The position numbers were made by a program, and so were the translations under genes. 23,093 nt of DNA from the NCBI GenBank assembly GCA_048940645.1, contig JBHLOI010000055.1, positions 1 through 23,093 on the forward strand, read 5' to 3'. Positions 17,733 to 23,093 of this stretch are shown in pieces (positions within the stretch are counted from its first letter, which is position 1; every line of letters begins with the position of its first letter). The notes beneath the pieces are model-generated. The model did no database searches. It was not told where the DNA came from and saw nothing but the letters and a program-made list of their open reading frames with translations. This DNA is from Promethearchaeota archaeon. Lineage in GTDB: Archaea > Asgardarchaeota > Lokiarchaeia > Sigyniarchaeales > SOKP01.

Positions 17733-17991
17733 AATAAACCCATATCCGTTTTTAATAATCTAAATTACTAATAAATAAAAAGTTACTTAATTAGGGGGAT
17801 TGAGTTTCAATTCATCCAAAAAATCTAATTAAGCGAAGGGTTTTCAGATTTGATCAAATTTTATTGAATTTTTTATTGAAATTCATAATATTTTTTAAAC
17901 TTTTAATTTGGAAATATTTTTATTGATGAACGATCTAAAATCTTAATAATTAAATAAAAATTAGACATTTAGAATTAAACTCAATTCTATA

Positions 17992-19593
17992 ATGTTAGAA
18001 GAAAATACACCGCCAGAGGAAATATTTCAACGTAGAGAAGAATTTGGGATCGATAATTCTATAAGGTTACTAACAAATATCATTGAAAATGAAAAAAATG
18101 AGAGCCAAAGAAGGGGTGCAGTAAAATATTTAGGTTTAGTAAGCAAAGAAGCACCTTCATTAAAGAAAGAATGTTTTGCCACTCTGGAAAACATATTAAT
18201 TTCTGGAGGTAGTCTCGAAATTAAATGTGAAGCTGCCAAAGCTTTAGGAAAACTTGAATATGATAAGGCTTTAAAACCATTGATGTGGGTTTTAGAAGAA
18301 AATCCTGATAAGCTTGAAATAAGGCTCTCAGCATTAAAAGCAATAAAGAAAATAAATTTTCAGGGTAAAGAAGTAAAGCTTTTTATTAAAGAATTAGGTA
18401 GTCCCTTTACATCTATTAGAGATTACGTTAGAAATAAATTATTAACTCTTAATCCCGAAGATTTAATTAGTAATATATTAGAATCGCTTAAAAGCGAACA
18501 ATTCTCTGATGAACATAAATCGGAACTTATAAAATTAATTGGTATAGATTTATCTATGATTGATGTTTCTTTTGAAGATGCTAGCTATTTAAAAGTAAAG
18601 TATCCTGAAGTACTTTCTAATTTATTGGCAAATAAACATATACTACTAAATGAAATAACTCAAATTTTGAGAGAAGAAGATTCGGAATTAATGGACGCAA
18701 TATTAGCCATAGTAAGATTGATAAAAAGTGAAATTAAGAATGAGATCATCAAATTAATACTCATTGATGATTTTATTGTTAAAAAAAACGCGATTAAATT
18801 AACCGGAAAATTAAGACTAACTGATGCAGTAGATTTATTGATTACGAATTTAGATAACATCTACAATGAAGTCAGCGTTGCCTCAATTAAAGCTTTAGGT
18901 GAAATTGGAGATCTTTCAGCAATTCCAGATCTTTTAGGTGTTTTAGATATAGAAGATGTGAGCTTTGAATATACTGATCTAGATATGAAACTCTTTATTT
19001 TAGACGCAATCAAAAACATATACATGATTAATAATGAAGCTAATTATGATACCTTATATTCCTATTTAGAAAAAGATAATGATACTCTTAAAGAAAGTGT
19101 CGCGTTTATTTTTGGTGAATTAGGAAAGGAGGATTTTGTAGATCCATTAACTAATTTATTACGCGAAAGAAACTTAGATGTTAAGAAAAATGCTATTATT
19201 GCTCTGGGGAAAATAGGTAATCTGAAGGCGTTAGATCAATTAATAAAAATTCTAGATGATAAAGATTCTTATTGGTTAATCAAAAAGGTAAGTGTTGATG
19301 CTATTTATAATATTTTTCATAGAAATTGGTACAAATTAAAAGAAGATGAGAAAGATCTGAAAAGAAAATTAAATAAGAATCTTGCAATGTTAATTGAACA
19401 TTTAAAAAGCAATGAAGATGAAGATTTTAAGATCAAATTAAGTTTAATAAAATTTTTAGAGACTTATGGGGGTAAAAAAGCTTTAGATGCATTATTGAAA
19501 CGATTAAACGATTTTCATAGAGTTGTAAGGATTCATGCCTCCAATGCAATTAAAAGAATTGAAGAAAAACTTGAATTAGAAAAATCGGCATAA
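17992..19593 (+). CDS. HEAT-repeat (PBS lyase HEAT-like) protein
   Basis: Repeated units such as IKCEAAKALGKLEYDKALKPL, ASIKALGEIGDLSAIPDL and VKKNAIIALGKIGNLKALDQL. Confidence 0.9.
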   Translation: MLEENTPPEEIFQRREEFGIDNSIRLLTNIIENEKNESQRRGAVKYLGLVSKEAPSLKKECFATLENILISGGSLEIKCEAAKALGKLEYDKALKPLMWVLEENPDKLEIRLSALKAIKKINFQGKEVKLFIKELGSPFTSIRDYVRNKLLTLNPEDLISNILESLKSEQFSDEHKSELIKLIGIDLSMIDVSFEDASYLKVKYPEVLSNLLANKHILLNEITQILREEDSELMDAILAIVRLIKSEIKNEIIKLILIDDFIVKKNAIKLTGKLRLTDAVDLLITNLDNIYNEVSVASIKALGEIGDLSAIPDLLGVLDIEDVSFEYTDLDMKLFILDAIKNIYMINNEANYDTLYSYLEKDNDTLKESVAFIFGELGKEDFVDPLTNLLRERNLDVKKNAIIALGKIGNLKALDQLIKILDDKDSYWLIKKVSVDAIYNIFHRNWYKLKEDEKDLKRKLNKNLAMLIEHLKSNEDEDFKIKLSLIKFLETYGGKKALDALLKRLNDFHRVVRIHASNAIKRIEEKLELEKSA

Positions 19594-19647
19594 AAATTCT
19601 TATTTATTATGCGAAAAAGTATTTAAAACTACTTTGTTTCATAAATT

Positions 19648-20037
19648 TTGATGGAATCAAGATTCTTGTTTTTCTTAATCTATTTTGCAATGATCTACTT
19701 CTATGTAATTTTAATTGAATTTATTATTCTTCTACTATTTTTAATGCAATATCGTTTAAAATTTAAAGTTTTTATTTATATCCCTTTTATTAACCTGATT
19801 ACTTATCCTTTTAGCCATGTTTTTGCCTTTTTTTTTATTTATCGAATTTATAATATTTTTACATTCTATTATTTTGTTACAGCAGGAGTTTTTACCATCG
19901 TTATTGAATATATTCTTTTAATAGACAAATTTGAGAAATCAGGACTATGGACTTCACTTAACAAATTAAAAAGAAGGACATTTGTGGGGATTATTGTAGC
20001 AAATATAATGTCTTTTTTTTTAATTTATATTTTATGA
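19648..20037 (+). CDS. Small hypothetical membrane protein
   Basis: 129-aa hydrophobic ORF containing IE..I, INLITYP, VIEY and ANIMSF segments. Confidence 0.6.
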   Translation: MMESRFLFFLIYFAMIYFYVILIEFIILLLFLMQYRLKFKVFIYIPFINLITYPFSHVFAFFFIYRIYNIFTFYYFVTAGVFTIVIEYILLIDKFEKSGLWTSLNKLKRRTFVGIIVANIMSFFLIYIL

Positions 20038-20383
20038 GACTTTTTTCCGTTAGGGTGGTATAAATCAATTATTTTCATAGAGTCAAAAAAAAAAACCGAA
20101 TTAGAAAAATCAGAATAAAGATTCTTATTCTTTATGGTAAAAATATTTGAGAATATATTATTTTTAGATTAGCCAAAAAAAAATTAGTTCAAATCTTTTG
20201 GTTTAATTTCGATCAAAATTGTATAATTTCTACAAGCTATATTCCATTTATTAAAATTAAGTGGAGCATTTCATATATCTTTTAAACTTATTAATAAATT
20301 TTAAAGGATTTAATCCATTCCATTACATAAGTTTTCAATCAAAAAACTAAGGTTATTTCGGAAGTTTAATTGGTTTCTTAATT

Positions 20384-21883
20384 ATGACACAAGAGCAATC
20401 AAAGAAAAATAAAACAGCAACCCAATATGAATATTCTTTTGATTATATTCAAAAGAAGCTTGAAGGCAAGAAAGATTCATATGGTATGCTAATGAAAGAG
20501 ATAATAAGAGCGGGAATTTGTACTGAATGTGGAACCTGTGCGGCTGTATGTCCTGTTCTTGAATGGGATTATGTTACTAGTCAACCAAAATTAGTAGGCA
20601 AATGTACTGGTTGTGGAATTTGTTATAATCAATGTCCTCGTACGATTACAGATCCAATTCAACTAATGGGAGATTTTAAAACCGGATATACAGCCAATAC
20701 AAACATTCCTGAGGTAATAGGCGGTCAAGATGGGGGAACTGTGACTTCATTACTAGCTTATCTTTTTGATGAGCACTTAATAGATGCTGCTGTTGTTACC
20801 ATGAAAGATCCAAAAAACCCCTGGCACCCTATCGCCCAAATAATTACTAATAAGGATGATGCGATAAAAGCCTCTGGATCTATTTATTCTCACTCACAAA
20901 CCGTCGAAGCATTAATGGATGCAATTCGACAAGATTACAGATCTATTGCTTTCATTGGTACCCCTTGTAATATTGATGCAGTTGACAAAATGACAAATTC
21001 TCCCGCTGGAATGTTGAAGTATTTCATGAGAGCTCATATCCTCAAGATAGGGCTTTTTTGTATGGATTCATTTGCTCCAGAAGCAATATACCCCTTTTTT
21101 AAGAAAGATGGCATTGATCTTTCTAAAGTTCAAAAAATGGATATTAATAAAGGTAAGTTTCATATATACTATGATCCTCAAGGAGAACCAATTAAATCTT
21201 ACACAATAAAACAGCTAGATAAATTTAAGTCGTCAAGTTGCAATTTTTGTACGGATTTAACTGCTGAGAATGCTGACATCTCAGTTGGTTCTGTTGGAAG
21301 CGGTCCAAATAAGAATACGGTATTTGCTAGAACTGGGTTAGGAACTGAAATAATTGAGGATGCTGCTAAAAAAGGATACTTAAAAATTGAACCATTTAAT
21401 TCAATAAACCTCAATTCTGTACTATTTTTAGCTAAACTTAAAAAGGTCTCTCAATATAACATCCAAAAACGCAAAGTTTTCATAGTAAAAGATACAATTG
21501 AAGAGGAACCGAGAATTGAAACAAAACCAGAAGTAGAACAAGCTGATATTAAAACTACACTTGGAGCTAAAAAATTCTTTAGCGTTTCAAAAACTATTAT
21601 TGAAGAAGATAAAATCTTAAATATTTCAATTACTAATACAGCTGGTTATGTTCTAGAAGATGTAAAAATCAGAATTGTTGTTGTCGAAGAATTCTTTGAA
21701 AAACGACCATGGGTAACAAACATTAAGGAATTATTTCCATATGAAACTATTGAAATTGGCTATCCTCTTGAAGAAGAGGATGATCAAATAGTATATGGAA
21801 ATGTGTTAGTTGAAGCATCAACAGAGGGCTTTGGAAAAATATTCTCAAGAACCTTCAAACTAGCACCAAAAGAAGAAAAATAA
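20384..21883 (+). CDS. FrhB-family protein with ~130-aa C-terminal beta-rich extension
   Basis: CTECGTCAAVCP, CTGCGICYNQCP, QDGGTVT, IGTPC, IGLFCMDSF and CNFCTDLTAENADISVGSVGS. Confidence 0.9.
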   Translation: MTQEQSKKNKTATQYEYSFDYIQKKLEGKKDSYGMLMKEIIRAGICTECGTCAAVCPVLEWDYVTSQPKLVGKCTGCGICYNQCPRTITDPIQLMGDFKTGYTANTNIPEVIGGQDGGTVTSLLAYLFDEHLIDAAVVTMKDPKNPWHPIAQIITNKDDAIKASGSIYSHSQTVEALMDAIRQDYRSIAFIGTPCNIDAVDKMTNSPAGMLKYFMRAHILKIGLFCMDSFAPEAIYPFFKKDGIDLSKVQKMDINKGKFHIYYDPQGEPIKSYTIKQLDKFKSSSCNFCTDLTAENADISVGSVGSGPNKNTVFARTGLGTEIIEDAAKKGYLKIEPFNSINLNSVLFLAKLKKVSQYNIQKRKVFIVKDTIEEEPRIETKPEVEQADIKTTLGAKKFFSVSKTIIEEDKILNISITNTAGYVLEDVKIRIVVVEEFFEKRPWVTNIKELFPYETIEIGYPLEEEDDQIVYGNVLVEASTEGFGKIFSRTFKLAPKEEK

Positions 21884-21978
21884 AAACAAGTTTAAATAAA
21901 AAATTAAATGAGATAATTAATTATAAAAACTAATTATATTAAAATTAAAAATGTACGCGTAATGAAGGTGAACGTGAA

Positions 21979-22887
21979 ATTAAGTTAAGTCTTATTGGAT
22001 TAAGCGGATGTGGTAAGACAAGTATTTATTCAGTTGCCTTTGCTGAAAAAAGTCCTGAAGATACAAAGAGTTTGAGCCCAACAATTCTATATGAAACTAG
22101 AAGGCATCCATTTTTAGGGCTTCAAGTTGGAATTTTTGATTTTGGTGGCCAAGAGCAATACAGGAAGGAATATATGGAAAAACCTGAGGTATTCCGGGGA
22201 ACAGATATTCTCATCCCTATAGTAGATCTTCATGATCCAAAAAATTTCGAGCAAGCGAAGGAATATTTTAAAGCATTATTAGATATTTATCGTAAAAACA
22301 ATGAAAAGCCGAAGATATTCCTTTTCCTTCATAAATATGATACTGAAGACTATCAGAAGGAACTTCTTGATACCAACGTTAATAAAGCAAAAGAAATCTT
22401 TCTAGACCTGTTTAAAGATTATGATTTTAACTACAGATTAACAAGTATCTATTTACAGGATGAATTAGCTAAAACCTTTAGGGATTTGTTGATATCCTCA
22501 TACGCAGATTTAAAAACTCATGTGGAAAAAGCGGAAAGCCAACTCGAAGAAATTAAGGCAAAAATAATAATTTCAGATGTTTCAGGAAATGTTATAGTTC
22601 ATAACGTTCAAGGTGTAAGTAGTGGTTTAGCATTAAGAGGAGATTTAAGAGATTTCATAAATGCGTGTAATACAGTACGAGAAAACATTTTTATGTCTGA
22701 CTCATCCGTTTTTCAGGGGAAAAATGACGAGGGCAAGGAGATTGAACTTCACATATTTAAATATATTATTTCAGTATTAGTAATGAAATCAGAGGAATTA
22801 GATAGAGTTTCTCAGGATAAATTGAATATATTATTAAACGATATGAAATTATTTGCGGATTTAATTATTTCCGCTCACGCAGAATAA
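21979..22887 (+). CDS. Rag/Gtr-like small GTPase with C-terminal roadblock/longin-like domain (eukaryotic signature protein); start uncertain
   Basis: The frame is open upstream of TTG 22072 and contains G1 GLSGCGKTS. It is followed by G2 SPT, G3 DFGGQ, G4 HKYD and G5 TSI, which are Rag-type signatures. Confidence 0.85.
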   Translation: MKLSLIGLSGCGKTSIYSVAFAEKSPEDTKSLSPTILYETRRHPFLGLQVGIFDFGGQEQYRKEYMEKPEVFRGTDILIPIVDLHDPKNFEQAKEYFKALLDIYRKNNEKPKIFLFLHKYDTEDYQKELLDTNVNKAKEIFLDLFKDYDFNYRLTSIYLQDELAKTFRDLLISSYADLKTHVEKAESQLEEIKAKIIISDVSGNVIVHNVQGVSSGLALRGDLRDFINACNTVRENIFMSDSSVFQGKNDEGKEIELHIFKYIISVLVMKSEELDRVSQDKLNILLNDMKLFADLIISAHAE

Positions 22888-22992
22888 AAGTTAGAAAAAA
22901 TCAAATAGTAATTTTACTTTTATCTCTTTTTTCTATTAATTTTTAAGGAAAATATTTTACTTTTAGCTTTGAAATTATTTTTAAAAATAAAT

Positions 22993-23091
22993 TTAGGAGA
23001 AGAAAATTCGATATAATTCTTGATAAATTTCAGCAAGTTTAGAAAGATAATAAGAATCATTTGTTTGTAAGTAATGAGAAATATAACCACC
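22993..23091 (-). CDS. Possible 3' end of a gene entering from beyond the window
   Basis: Open frame GGYISHYLQTNDSYYLSKLAEIYQELYRIFFS-TAA. Too short to identify. Confidence 0.35.
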   Translation of the reverse strand, partial: GGYISHYLQTNDSYYLSKLAEIYQELYRIFFS

Positions 23092-23093
23092 TA

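Noticed and set aside
17859-17927. TTTTATTGA repeated three times in the divergent DUF998/HEAT spacer
   Set aside because: Short and nearly all A/T, so plausible by chance in this composition.
1671-21414. Short ORFs antisense to long genes (1671, 2500, 5828, 6472, 10028, 10992, 11002, 12534, 12961, 13481, 16711, 18027, 18660, 21199) and ORF 14314..14496
   Set aside because: They are shadows of well-supported genes or low-complexity AT-rich frames with no motifs.

Overview
AT-rich archaeal DNA, most consistent with an Asgard archaeon (Lokiarchaeia-like). That placement is inferred from a Rag-type GTPase, UGA-recoded HdrA/VhuD genes and a eukaryote-type SECIS. The main element is a ~10 kb minus-strand redox operon (11871->1902): hdrA(Sec x4) - vhuD/mvhD(Sec x2) - frhB-like - frhB-like - hdrD-like - tandem hdrA(Cys) - mvhD(Cys). 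The ORF track breaks the first two genes at six in-frame TGA codons. Each TGA aligns to a Cys in the Cys-only paralogues in this same window, so they are read here as selenocysteine. One AUGA..AA..GA SECIS-like stem-loop (9411-9482) follows them, and its AUGA core contains the vhuD stop codon itself. Other points of note: a 74-aa ORF that copies the C-terminal tail of a nearby SDR enzyme with almost only synonymous changes; two conserved genes with no in-frame ATG/GTG/TTG (candidate ATT starts); and an FrhB with a beta-rich C-terminal extension next to a Rag-like GTPase. The rest is a nucleoside hydrolase, an HTH_10 regulator, a DUF998-like protein, a HEAT-repeat protein and membrane hypotheticals. 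No tRNA, rRNA, CRISPR array or mobile element was seen. All alignments and RNA folds were done by eye.
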